Source: Cyanobacteria bacterium auto_48_18 (GTDB lineage Bacteria > Cyanobacteriota > Vampirovibrionia > Obscuribacterales > Obscuribacteraceae). From it: a stretch of 64,000 nucleotides of DNA. The notes under the pieces are model-generated. The model ran no database searches and was not told the origin of the DNA. It saw only the letters and a list, made by a program, of their open reading frames with translations. The stretch spans positions 1 to 64,000 of the forward strand of contig JAVHQC010000035.1 in the NCBI GenBank assembly GCA_036170915.1, read 5' to 3'. This document shows, in pieces, positions 1 through 8,961 of this stretch. The translations under genes were made by a program, and so were the position numbers. Every line of letters begins with the position of its first letter. Within the stretch, counting starts at the first letter, position 1.

Positions 1-2
1 GC

Positions 3-806
3 CCAAGTGGTCCTGGTGGTCCTGCTGGCCCTGGTGGCCCAAGTGGTCCTGGTGGTCCTGCTGGCCCTGGTGGCCCAAGTGGTCCTGGTGGCCCAAGCGG
101 CCCTGGTGGTCCTAAGGGTCCTTCTGGACCTGGTGGTCCTTCTGGTCCTGGTGGCCCTTCTGGTCCTGGTGGTCCTTCCGGTCCTGGTGGCCCTTCCGGT
201 CCTGGTGGCCCAAGTGGTCCTGGTGGTCCTAAAGGTCCTAGTGGACCTGGTGGCCCTAAAGGTCCTGGTGGTCCAAGTGGTCCTGGTGGTCCAAGCGGTC
301 CTGGTGGTCCAAGCGGCCCTGGTGGTCCTAAAGGCCCTTCTGGTCCTGGTGGTCCTAGCGGCCCTGGTGGTCCTAGCGGCCCTGGTGGTCCTAAAGGTCC
401 TGGTGGTCCTTCCGGTCCTGGTGGCCCAAGTGGCCCTGGTGGCCCAAGTGGCCCTGGTGGTCCAAGCGGCCCTGGTGGTCCTAAAGGTCCTTCCGGCCCT
501 GGTGGCCCAAGTGGTCCTGGTGGCCCAAGTGGTCCTGGTGGCCCAAGTGGCCCTGGTGGTCCAAGCGGTCCTGGTGGTCCTAAAGGTCCTGGTGGTCCTG
601 GTGGTCCAAGTGGTCCTGGTGGTCCAAGTGGTCCAAGTGGCCCTGGTGGTCCTTGGGGTCCTGGTGGTCCTTTCGGTCCTTGTGGCCCTGGTGGTCCCGG
701 CGGCCCTGGTGGTCCTGGTGGTCCTGGTGGCCCAACCGGTCCTGGTGGCCCTCTCGGCCCTGGTGGTCCTTCCGGTCCAACCGGTTCGTTCACCACCGGC
801 GGATAA
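3..806 (+). CDS. C-terminal part of a (Gly-Pro-X)n collagen-like/Gly-Pro-rich protein, 5' end outside window
   Basis: Frame +3 reads [20 protein letters not shown] ... [10 protein letters not shown] then TAA at 804-806. Gly codons fall every 9 nt from 9 to 783, variation is mostly at synonymous third positions in this frame, and a terminator follows. Absent from the ORF track because it runs off the window edge. Confidence 0.9.
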   Translation, partial: PSGPGGPAGPGGPSGPGGPAGPGGPSGPGGPSGPGGPKGPSGPGGPSGPGGPSGPGGPSGPGGPSGPGGPSGPGGPKGPSGPGGPKGPGGPSGPGGPSGPGGPSGPGGPKGPSGPGGPSGPGGPSGPGGPKGPGGPSGPGGPSGPGGPSGPGGPSGPGGPKGPSGPGGPSGPGGPSGPGGPSGPGGPSGPGGPKGPGGPGGPSGPGGPSGPSGPGGPWGPGGPFGPCGPGGPGGPGGPGGPGGPTGPGGPLGPGGPSGPTGSFTTGG

Positions 807-835
807 CCAAGCCAACGAGATCGAACAAAAAAATG

Positions 836-867
836 AAAACCCTGGCGAAAGCCAGGGTTTTTGTTTT
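836..867 (+). terminator. Rho-independent terminator, possibly bidirectional
   Basis: AAAACCCTGGC-GAAA-GCCAGGGTTTT hairpin with T-rich tail, between convergent genes. Confidence 0.85.
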
Positions 868-906
868 AGTAAGTAACTAAGTAAGTAAATAGAAACTAGA
901 TCACGG

Positions 907-1623
907 CTATGGAAGGTCGTCAGCTTTTACTTGATAGCTGAAATAAACCTGTTTGAAAATATGCGCCGGCAGCTGATCACGATAGTGAAAATTTTTACCG
1001 TTCAATGTCAAATCAGGAGCAGATGCAAAAACAAAAGTAACTCGCACCGGCGGATTATCGGCATCTGCATTGGCTCTTGCATAGAAACGCGCTACCGCTG
1101 GACGAAATCTTTTGTAGACATTGTTTGGCAGTCGCTCACCGAGCACACTGCGTTTTTTCTCCTGCAAGAAACGATCGAGGAGCGAAAGCTTTTCCATACG
1201 CGGAAATTCGCGCGCTTTAATGGTGCCGTCTGCTGTTTCAATCAAAGCTAAACTATGCCAGTTGACCGTGCGCAAATCTGGCGAAAAGAGGCGCCACGCC
1301 TGCCTCATACCAAAAGGTGCACCGAGCAAAACCAGTTTTTTTCGCGATTCTTCCGATACCACAGGTAATTCTGCCACAGCAAGAATAGTGGCAAGACCAA
1401 GAAAACCTATTACGGCGGCATTATAAATATAACGTCGCAGATGTTTTCGATCACGCCCCTGATCAACTTTAGAATCGAGTTTAGAATCAGCTTTAGACTC
1501 ATCTTGATTAAGCTGCGATGGCGGTCGCAAATCATCTATTGATGAGGTTTTTAAAGCCTGCTCATAAGAGAGCAATGGCGCGTTGCTGTAGAAAGCGCTA
1601 GATTTAGATTTATCGGCCATCAC
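907..1623 (-). CDS. SdpA/DUF5819-like membrane-anchored protein (paralogue of 1714..2361)
   Basis: One TM segment, then QAWRLFSP motif. Shares ALIE.ADGT.K..EFPRMEK and NPP..VT with the divergent paralogue. Adjacent to an HTTM gene. Confidence 0.6.
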   Translation of the reverse strand: MMADKSKSSAFYSNAPLLSYEQALKTSSIDDLRPPSQLNQDESKADSKLDSKVDQGRDRKHLRRYIYNAAVIGFLGLATILAVAELPVVSEESRKKLVLLGAPFGMRQAWRLFSPDLRTVNWHSLALIETADGTIKAREFPRMEKLSLLDRFLQEKKRSVLGERLPNNVYKRFRPAVARFYARANADADNPPVRVTFVFASAPDLTLNGKNFHYRDQLPAHIFKQVYFSYQVKADDLP

Positions 1624-1713
1624 TTATCAATCTGTTCTCATACTCAATGATAAACTTGCACACAGACCATTAGCAATCAGCAAGTTCTGGGTAAGTTCTA
1701 TGTATGCAGGTAG

Positions 1714-2361
1714 TTGACGGTTAAAACGCTGGAGACGGCAGTGCAATCGAGTTCTCCCAGATCAAAATATTTTTCCTTTCGAGAAGCAATCAACTACTCC
1801 TCATCATCTGGCACATTTACTGAAGGCCATAAAGCTCTTGTGTCTTCGTTTCTTGCTGTCTTTTTCATCGTAGTAGGCGCCTGGCTGTTGCCAGAATGGA
1901 CGCCTTACAAAAATAGCATTACCACTTATACCTGGCCGGTAATGCTGACCACAGGTTGGGTTCAGTACTGGTCACTATTTTGTCCTGAAGTGCGTGATTG
2001 CAATTATCACCTGACTGCATTGATAGAATTTGCTGACGGCACAGTCAAATGTTATGAATTTCCCCGCATGGAAAAAATGGATCTTTGGACCAAATTTCAA
2101 AGGGAAAAAATGCGCAAGCTTTTTGGTGACAATATCGCCTGGCCGAACTTCGCTCAGTTCAGACCCAGTGTCTGTCGATATTTAGCCAGAGCCAACAATG
2201 ACACCACGAATCCACCAATTAAGGTGACAATGATTCGCAATATTGTTAACACACCACCACCTGATCCTAAACGCTGGGTCTATCGAGACAATCTGCCTCA
2301 ACATATCAATAAAGAAATTCTGTTCAGCTACAAAGTCAATGCCAACGACCTAATCAATTAG
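1714..2361 (+). CDS. SdpA/DUF5819-like membrane-anchored protein
   Basis: TM segment and QYWSLFCP motif. Clear paralogue of 907..1623, directly upstream of the HTTM gene. Confidence 0.6.
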   Translation: MTVKTLETAVQSSSPRSKYFSFREAINYSSSSGTFTEGHKALVSSFLAVFFIVVGAWLLPEWTPYKNSITTYTWPVMLTTGWVQYWSLFCPEVRDCNYHLTALIEFADGTVKCYEFPRMEKMDLWTKFQREKMRKLFGDNIAWPNFAQFRPSVCRYLARANNDTTNPPIKVTMIRNIVNTPPPDPKRWVYRDNLPQHINKEILFSYKVNANDLIN

Positions 2362-2373
2362 AAAGACGCACAA

Positions 2374-3693
2374 GTGAGTGAGACCAATCACACTGTAGAA
2401 AAATGGAACCGCTTCTGGTTCGAACCAACGTCACCAGTAGCGATGGCACTTTTTCGCATCTTTTTCAGCATCATTTTGCTGGAAAATATGCTTGTTCACC
2501 TCCTGCCAGATTTCGACATTTATTTCAGCAAAAATTCACTAGTGCCGATCAAAGACATGATGAATCTCTACTGGGGTAGCGGCTCATACTTTGATGTACT
2601 GGCGCTGCTTCCAAACGATAGCTATATTCTTGGTGCCTTCTGGGTAATGGTGGCAGCTACCGTTTTTATGGGTCTCGGTCTTTTTACAAGATTCAGCTCG
2701 TGGACGGTTTTCTTATTGCTGATGTCATTCAGCTCACATTTTCAATTAAATCAAAATGCCGGTGATAATTATTTGAGACTGGCCACAATGTGTCTCGCTC
2801 TTTCAAATGCCGGTGACGCTCTTTCTTTAGACAATCTCATTCGCGCTACCAGAGAAGACTGGCGAGTAACTGGCCTGGGCCCCCGGTTGTCGGCACCATG
2901 GGCACAACGACTCTTGCAGGTGCAGCTTTGTATTGCCTATGCCCACACCTGGTACAGCAAAATGGAAGGTACGCACTGGAACGATGGTACAGCTGTTTAC
3001 TATGCTGTGCGCTACGACGATCTAATGCGTTTTCCCGTGCCTCACATTTTTGATCAATTACCTGTCTATATGGCTTTGACCTGGGGCACCCTGTTCATAG
3101 AGTTTGCGCTCTTTACTCTTATCTGGTGGAGACCAGCCCGTTACTGGGTTCTAGCTATAGGTGTCACACTCCATGCCGGCATTGAATATTGCATGAATTT
3201 GCCTATGTTCGAATGGGCTTTTTTACTCACTTACCTGCTCTTTATTTATCCCGAAGATTTGACGCGCTGCAGTAATTTGATCAAGAACAAGATCAAAACC
3301 AAACACGGCGAGCCGTACAAACTGGCTTTTGACGGCAATTGTATTCTTTGCATTCGCACAATCGGCATTGTTCATAGACTTGATGTTTTTGGTCGCATCA
3401 AACCAGTTGATTTTCGCAATGATGAAGAAAATGAACTGACAGGTTTGAACTTAGCCCAGGCCGAAAAAGAAATAATGCTACAAAAACGTGACGGCACCTG
3501 GATCGGCGGCTTCAAAGCTTTTCGCTTCATGGCTCTTCGCATGCCGCTACTCTGGCTGCTGGTACCATTTTTATACATACCTGTAGTCAGCTTTGTTGCT
3601 GAAATGATCTACAAATTAGTGGCGGCCAATCGTAATAATATACTTGGTTCTACTTGCTCGCCAGGCACAGTAGCCTGCGAGGTGAGCACATGA
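2374..3693 (+). CDS. HTTM-domain (SdpB/vitamin K-dependent carboxylase-like) membrane protein fused to a DCC/DUF393 thiol-disulfide oxidoreductase domain
   Basis: N-terminal WNRFWF...MALFRI, SLD, QVQLCIAY, WNDGTA and TWGTLFIE features typical of HTTM proteins. C-terminal FDGNCILC (DxxCxxC) ... YKLVAANR typical of DUF393. Confidence 0.8.
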   Translation: MSETNHTVEKWNRFWFEPTSPVAMALFRIFFSIILLENMLVHLLPDFDIYFSKNSLVPIKDMMNLYWGSGSYFDVLALLPNDSYILGAFWVMVAATVFMGLGLFTRFSSWTVFLLLMSFSSHFQLNQNAGDNYLRLATMCLALSNAGDALSLDNLIRATREDWRVTGLGPRLSAPWAQRLLQVQLCIAYAHTWYSKMEGTHWNDGTAVYYAVRYDDLMRFPVPHIFDQLPVYMALTWGTLFIEFALFTLIWWRPARYWVLAIGVTLHAGIEYCMNLPMFEWAFLLTYLLFIYPEDLTRCSNLIKNKIKTKHGEPYKLAFDGNCILCIRTIGIVHRLDVFGRIKPVDFRNDEENELTGLNLAQAEKEIMLQKRDGTWIGGFKAFRFMALRMPLLWLLVPFLYIPVVSFVAEMIYKLVAANRNNILGSTCSPGTVACEVST

Positions 3694-4427
3694 CCGGCAC
3701 CATAATTAAAATATTGATTGTGGTGGCAATTTTTGGCGTGGTCCTGGGTGCCACATATCCGATTCAGAAGCAAGCTGTAGAAGAGGGCAAAGCCACCAAT
3801 TATGATCTGCTGCTTGGTGTGCAGTTAAGAAGCACCAAAGCACGCTATGAAGCGGCCCAACAAAAGCCCAAAGATATCAACGAATTGGTTGCGGCTGGAG
3901 ACGCATATGCAGCCGCTTTAACCAGCTCTCAAGATTTTGGTGCAGCAGCGGAAATTTATGGCAGTCAGCTGCCCTTAACCTGGGGACTGGTGACTGACGC
4001 TTATAACGAAAAGTGGGCCAACGCCAATTTGCGTCTGGCTGGTGTCTATCGAGATATGGATAGTCAGGGTGCAGCTCTAACCTGTTATGAAAGTCTGCTC
4101 AAGTATGACCAACAATATTTACCCGCCACAGATAGCCGCATTGCCCGGGATCTCAATAATATGGGTTTGATGCTCTACATGATTGGTCTTGGTAAAGCAG
4201 AAGAGCCAGCGAGAGTGGCAGAATTTCAAAAGTCTAGAAATTATCTTGAACAGGCACTGGCATTACAAGAAAAAATAAATCTGGGCAAGTCATCGAGAGC
4301 TGCGGCAACTTTGTGGAATTTGTTTCTCACTTGCCGAGATCTTGGCGATCAAAAAGCAGCAGAGCAGTATCGCAGCAGAGCTCAAGCCATTGATAAATCG
4401 CTCAATCGCGTTTGCCGTGAGCCATAA
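3690..4427 (+). CDS. Membrane-anchored tetratricopeptide repeat protein
   Basis: ATG at 3690 overlaps the upstream TGA (ATGA). N-terminal hydrophobic anchor and TPR-like helices (ARDLNNMGLMLY, AATLWNL). Confidence 0.7.
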   Translation: MTGTIIKILIVVAIFGVVLGATYPIQKQAVEEGKATNYDLLLGVQLRSTKARYEAAQQKPKDINELVAAGDAYAAALTSSQDFGAAAEIYGSQLPLTWGLVTDAYNEKWANANLRLAGVYRDMDSQGAALTCYESLLKYDQQYLPATDSRIARDLNNMGLMLYMIGLGKAEEPARVAEFQKSRNYLEQALALQEKINLGKSSRAAATLWNLFLTCRDLGDQKAAEQYRSRAQAIDKSLNRVCREP

Positions 4428-4448
4428 TAAAATTAAAAGAGCAAGCCA

Positions 4449-5585
4449 ATGCAGACCTCCAGCATAAATTCAGACTTATCAGGCGACGAGCAAGCGTTGC
4501 CTCACAGGGCAGCTCAAGAAAATTCTACTTCTACAAAAACTCCCCACCCCTGGATTTTGTCGCCGGTGCTCGACTATCTTTTTTGCTGTGGCGGCTTGAT
4601 GTGGATTCTTGCAGGCATAGAGCAACTTGGAGTGAAACCAGGTGAGCAGACTTATCCTTCAATTATTTTAGGCGGCGTCTTATTCTGGGGCAGCTTGTTA
4701 CTTAGCGAAGCGCATGGTCCGGCTACACTGGTACGAGTTTTTAGAAGTCACACCACACCACGCTCGGTACGCCTTTTTGTCATTGCCTGGGCGGTGGTGC
4801 TAATTGGCTTTTCAATTTATGCACTGCAGAGTGAGCCGGTGGCGCAAGTTTTTACAAAAATAACACTGGTCTGGTTGGTGCAACACTACATTGCTCAGAC
4901 TTTCGGTGTAGTTCTAATTTATTGTATGAAGCGCAATTTTGAGTTAAGCAAAATTGAGCGCGGGGTTGTGCAATGGCTGTTGCGATCCCTCATGTTTTTT
5001 GTCATTCTGCGCATGTTTACCGTGCCTGCCTATGGTCATTTAAAAGACTTTCTGGGCATGGAGATTCCATTTTATGGACCACTGCCATTTTGGCCCATGT
5101 ATACTGCCGCTTTTATTTTGACCCTGTGTTGTTTCGCATTTGTTGGGCTCATGGTGGCCCGCTATGTTCGTAAAAAACAGATCTTTCCACTACCAGCTCT
5201 GGTTACCATTTTTTCAGTGGCAGCACTGACGCTTTCCCAAAGAGACGCATTCTTTCTTTTGGGTGTGACTTTTTATCATGCCAGCCAGTATCTAGCCGTG
5301 ACTTATTCTTATTTTTTGAAAGAAGAAGCTCAAAAAGAGGGGCGAACCATTAGCGGAAGCCATTTGAAGGAATTTCTCAACTTGCGCTCGCTGGGTTATA
5401 TTGTTCTTTTGGTATGCGCCGGTTTTATGCTTTCCATCGGGCTTCCACAAGGTATGATTCGCAATGGAGTAACTGAAAATATCTGTCTCTGCGTGCTCTA
5501 TTCTATGTCAAACTGCCACCACTTTTTGACTGACGCTTTTGTCTGGCGCATTAGAAAGAAAGAAGTACGTGAATTGCTTGTTTGA
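4449..5585 (+). CDS. Polytopic membrane protein with conserved His motifs (putative metalloenzyme), paralogue 1
   Basis: Multiple TM segments. Motifs EAHGPAT, QHYIAQTFG..LIYC.KR, YHASQYL, NCHHFLTD..VWR shared with 11176..12330 and 12344..13522. Confidence 0.7.
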   Translation: MQTSSINSDLSGDEQALPHRAAQENSTSTKTPHPWILSPVLDYLFCCGGLMWILAGIEQLGVKPGEQTYPSIILGGVLFWGSLLLSEAHGPATLVRVFRSHTTPRSVRLFVIAWAVVLIGFSIYALQSEPVAQVFTKITLVWLVQHYIAQTFGVVLIYCMKRNFELSKIERGVVQWLLRSLMFFVILRMFTVPAYGHLKDFLGMEIPFYGPLPFWPMYTAAFILTLCCFAFVGLMVARYVRKKQIFPLPALVTIFSVAALTLSQRDAFFLLGVTFYHASQYLAVTYSYFLKEEAQKEGRTISGSHLKEFLNLRSLGYIVLLVCAGFMLSIGLPQGMIRNGVTENICLCVLYSMSNCHHFLTDAFVWRIRKKEVRELLV

Positions 5586-5587
5586 AT

Positions 5588-7297
5588 CTACTTTTTAATT
5601 TTGTAGACAGAAAAACCAAGTCTGTGACCCACATATTCAAATGGGCGATGAAGTGCGATTTCATCACCATTCATCGGTGTGAGAGGCTCTAAATTGTCAT
5701 ATTTGTCTTGAATGATAGTGCAGATACCTGCTGCTGTCAGGCTGTCCCATGTTTCGCCATCTTCTATCAAGATTAGCTTCGGCGGCCTGACCGAATTTAA
5801 TTCGCTGCGCAGGTGATCCATAATTCCTGTTTCAAACTGAGTTAAACGTGCTACCTGCTCAGGAGTTGAGCGCTCGTGCAAAACCTTGAGTGTGTGCAGT
5901 GGAAATGCCCAGACAAGATAACCAGGCCTGCGACGAAGTTGGGTAAGCAGAGGGAAGCCTGGCCTCACCTGTTGCGAGAAAAACCAGACCAGGTCTCTGG
6001 GCTGAGAATTTTTTTCAACGGCGTCGCTAAAGAATGATAAATCAGACTTTAAACCAAAGCCATAATAGTTGATATCGGCCAGACTAAAAAAGTGCTCTTT
6101 GGCGATGTTTCTAAGACAAAAATGGTTGATGGTGACAAAACAAAGCACTGGTAGACCCGCCAGTAATGCAGTTTTTACTAGAGGTTTATTCTTTTGCCAC
6201 AGCACCAGTTGCCTGGCTAAGTTTTCACACTTAGTGAACTGGTGTGCAAAGAATTGGTGAGCAAAACGCATTGAACGCAAATAACGTGCCAGCGCCAGAT
6301 AAAAAGCGGTGAGCGAAAAAGCAGTCATGATAAAAGCTTGATGGGTATAGAGCGTGCCTGAACAAACAAGCCAGATAAAGCCAAGCGCCGACATTGTGCA
6401 CATCAAGCGCACAAGCAAACAACGGCCAGCCGCCGGCAAAGCCATGATAAAGAAAATCACAAAAGCATAAACCAAATCTCGGCGGTCTGGCGACTTATCG
6501 ACGAAACCCAGATTGTCGTAAAAATAATCGTAAGACAGTAAGTTAAGGCTAGTAATCGGCCCCAGATAAACAGCCACCATGCGTGGTGCACTAAAGTATA
6601 TGACTGCAGCAACAACAAGCATGCTAGTGACACAGGCCAAAAGCTCCATGCCCAGATAACGGTGCCTGATCTTAAAGAGTGTAACTTCACCCAGTGCGGT
6701 TAGACAAATAATCTCAACCACCACCACGGCAAAAAGGTAAATCGGATTTACTAAAAGTGCCACCGAAGCAAGCAGTCCGGCAGACACTTTACGCCAGGTT
6801 GGGCTAGTTTTGCCGGCTCCAGTGCTCGAGAGATAACGCTCAATTAGATATGGCCAGAACAAAAGCATGAAAACCATACTTTCTTGTCCATATTCAGCAA
6901 GAAAATATAGCTGGCAGGTAATTACCGAAAGCGTCAAGGCGGGCAGGTAAAAGAGCAGTGAAATGCCCTTTGAGCCGCTTTGCATGGCAGCAAAAATGTT
7001 CAAGGCAATTACGGAAAAGGTGAGCAAAACTATGAGCAGGTTGAAAATTAAAATCGGATGGAGAAAACAGAGCTTAGACAGCAGCACAGGCAAAGAAAAC
7101 AGATAGAGCGAAAGGGGAGTGGCATTATCGATGAAATCAATATAGGGTTGAGCGCCCTCGATAATCATGTTGGCGCAGGCAATGTGCATGGCAGGCTCAG
7201 CCGGAATCAAGATCTGGTGAGCGCAGAAATAGCCAAAAAGTGAGCCGCTCCAACACAAAAGCAGTAAACAACTAAAAAATAGGCACAGTTTTTTCAC
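5588..7297 (-). CDS. GT-C-like (ArnT/PMT-like) polytopic membrane protein
   Basis: Many TM helices, first-loop motif GAQPYIDFIDNATPL and a soluble C-terminal domain. Paralogue of 7294..8946. Confidence 0.55.
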   Translation of the reverse strand: MKKLCLFFSCLLLLCWSGSLFGYFCAHQILIPAEPAMHIACANMIIEGAQPYIDFIDNATPLSLYLFSLPVLLSKLCFLHPILIFNLLIVLLTFSVIALNIFAAMQSGSKGISLLFYLPALTLSVITCQLYFLAEYGQESMVFMLLFWPYLIERYLSSTGAGKTSPTWRKVSAGLLASVALLVNPIYLFAVVVVEIICLTALGEVTLFKIRHRYLGMELLACVTSMLVVAAVIYFSAPRMVAVYLGPITSLNLLSYDYFYDNLGFVDKSPDRRDLVYAFVIFFIMALPAAGRCLLVRLMCTMSALGFIWLVCSGTLYTHQAFIMTAFSLTAFYLALARYLRSMRFAHQFFAHQFTKCENLARQLVLWQKNKPLVKTALLAGLPVLCFVTINHFCLRNIAKEHFFSLADINYYGFGLKSDLSFFSDAVEKNSQPRDLVWFFSQQVRPGFPLLTQLRRRPGYLVWAFPLHTLKVLHERSTPEQVARLTQFETGIMDHLRSELNSVRPPKLILIEDGETWDSLTAAGICTIIQDKYDNLEPLTPMNGDEIALHRPFEYVGHRLGFSVYKIKK

Positions 7298-8946
7298 GGC
7301 ACCACCTTCGCAGATGGCTGTAATTTATAGACCGAAAAACCAATAATGTCTTCTTCGATTTTTTTGTAATTTTTCAAATATTTGTCGAAAGCAAAAGGTG
7401 CTAGATACTCAGCCGACGGGGCATTCTGCATAAAGATCAAAACGGGCTTGTTCTTAGCAATGTCTTCGCCGTACTGATCGGCAATTATCTTCTGATAAGA
7501 CAATAGTCGTGTACATTCTGGGCTCGAATCACTGACATCTTGAATGTACTGCAGCACGGAAAGAATGCAGCAATGCAAATGTCTTGAACCGGGGGTCATG
7601 CGCAGTTGAGTCAGCACAGGGAAGCCCGGGGCAACTGCGTTTGATACAAAGATAACGGGATCCAAAAATTTTGCATTGTCCAGCATTATTTTGGTAAATG
7701 GTGAGTCGATATCAGCCCATGGCGAACTGCCACTATAACCAATGCGCTCCATATCAAACTTAGTATTCGACTCTACCTCGTGAAACTCTTGAGCCGCGCT
7801 GGCACCTGAAAAACCCGTAATCAAAAGCAGAGTAACAATGGTCAAAATCGGCAGCTGCTGCTCAGAACGCCGTTTAAAAACAAACTGAACAATAGTGCTT
7901 GTCACTGCCGCGGCGCCTCCGCAAAGCAGCATCACTGCGCCGGCAAAAGCAGGAATATCTTGATAATTCCAACCCTTGAATTGCATTAGATAAGGCACCA
8001 CTCCTGATAAAGCGAAAGCGGCAATGCAAGCGAGAAGCTTATAACGGCGGCAATACGACAGGGCCAAAATTAAGCCTCCGGCCAACAAAAGAAACACCGT
8101 CCGCTTGTCGGGAGCAGCCAGACTAGCTGCTAAGGACGTATCCCAGAATTGATAGCCGCGGGCAAATGCCGGCACCAAGAATCCAAAATAATTGTCTTTG
8201 ACAATCTGCGGTAGAAACAAAAAGTGAGCCAGATAAATTAGAGCAAAAGTAAAAGCGGCCCAATTCTCGGCAACAAATAGGCGATGGCGCAATAGTTCTT
8301 TCAACTGCGATTTGAAATGGAAAAGCAAGAACAACTCTATGCAAACAGCATTGAACAAAAAATAGTGCTTTAAGCAAATGCCCACGCCAGCTAAAAGACC
8401 GATCAATACGGCCTCACGCCTGCCTACTGCAGCGCCCTGATAGCGAGCGAAACGAAGAAACATGAATGGTGCGTAGAGCAAAACAAAAATTTGTTCTCGC
8501 TGGCCAAAATCAAAACCAAGAAAAAAATTGAAATAAAGTAAGCCAAAAATCAAAGCTAGATTTACTATCAAATCAGATTTCGGTAATTTGTTTAGCACTA
8601 TCAGTGCGCATAAAGACGCGCTAAGCATCATCAAAGCGAGCATAAATAAGTTGAAGGCTAGAGTGACCGGCATATTCAATAGTGAGGCCACAATTGCCGG
8701 CACAGTATCGAGATACCAGATTAAGGGCGGGTTGACGTCAAACATGTCTACATAAGGCAGACCACCACCCACAATCAGCTGAGCACATTGCAAATGAAGC
8801 GCCGGATCCCAACCAATGCGAAGTGGATGTAACCATACCGAAATCAGCATGCGTAATGAAAGTATGGCTATTAAACCAATAGCGCAAATTTTGGCAGCAA
8901 AAGCGGGCGATTCAAAAAAAGGCGTAGAAGAAAAACGTCCTTGCAC
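7294..8946 (-). CDS. GT-C-like (ArnT/PMT-like) polytopic membrane glycosyltransferase
   Basis: WD..LH...GGLPYVDMFDVNPPL first-loop motif, FGQRE, CLKHY and many TM helices. 4-bp overlap with the downstream paralogue. Confidence 0.6.
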   Translation of the reverse strand: MQGRFSSTPFFESPAFAAKICAIGLIAILSLRMLISVWLHPLRIGWDPALHLQCAQLIVGGGLPYVDMFDVNPPLIWYLDTVPAIVASLLNMPVTLAFNLFMLALMMLSASLCALIVLNKLPKSDLIVNLALIFGLLYFNFFLGFDFGQREQIFVLLYAPFMFLRFARYQGAAVGRREAVLIGLLAGVGICLKHYFLFNAVCIELFLLFHFKSQLKELLRHRLFVAENWAAFTFALIYLAHFLFLPQIVKDNYFGFLVPAFARGYQFWDTSLAASLAAPDKRTVFLLLAGGLILALSYCRRYKLLACIAAFALSGVVPYLMQFKGWNYQDIPAFAGAVMLLCGGAAAVTSTIVQFVFKRRSEQQLPILTIVTLLLITGFSGASAAQEFHEVESNTKFDMERIGYSGSSPWADIDSPFTKIMLDNAKFLDPVIFVSNAVAPGFPVLTQLRMTPGSRHLHCCILSVLQYIQDVSDSSPECTRLLSYQKIIADQYGEDIAKNKPVLIFMQNAPSAEYLAPFAFDKYLKNYKKIEEDIIGFSVYKLQPSAKVVP

Positions 8947-8961
8947 CTTAATTGCTCACAA

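Noticed and set aside
7..876. 289-aa Val/Leu-rich ORF in the track (and 580..780, 653..880)
   Set aside because: Alternative-frame shadows of the Gly-Pro-X repeat. Synonymous variation fits frame +3, and the 7..876 ORF runs through the terminator.
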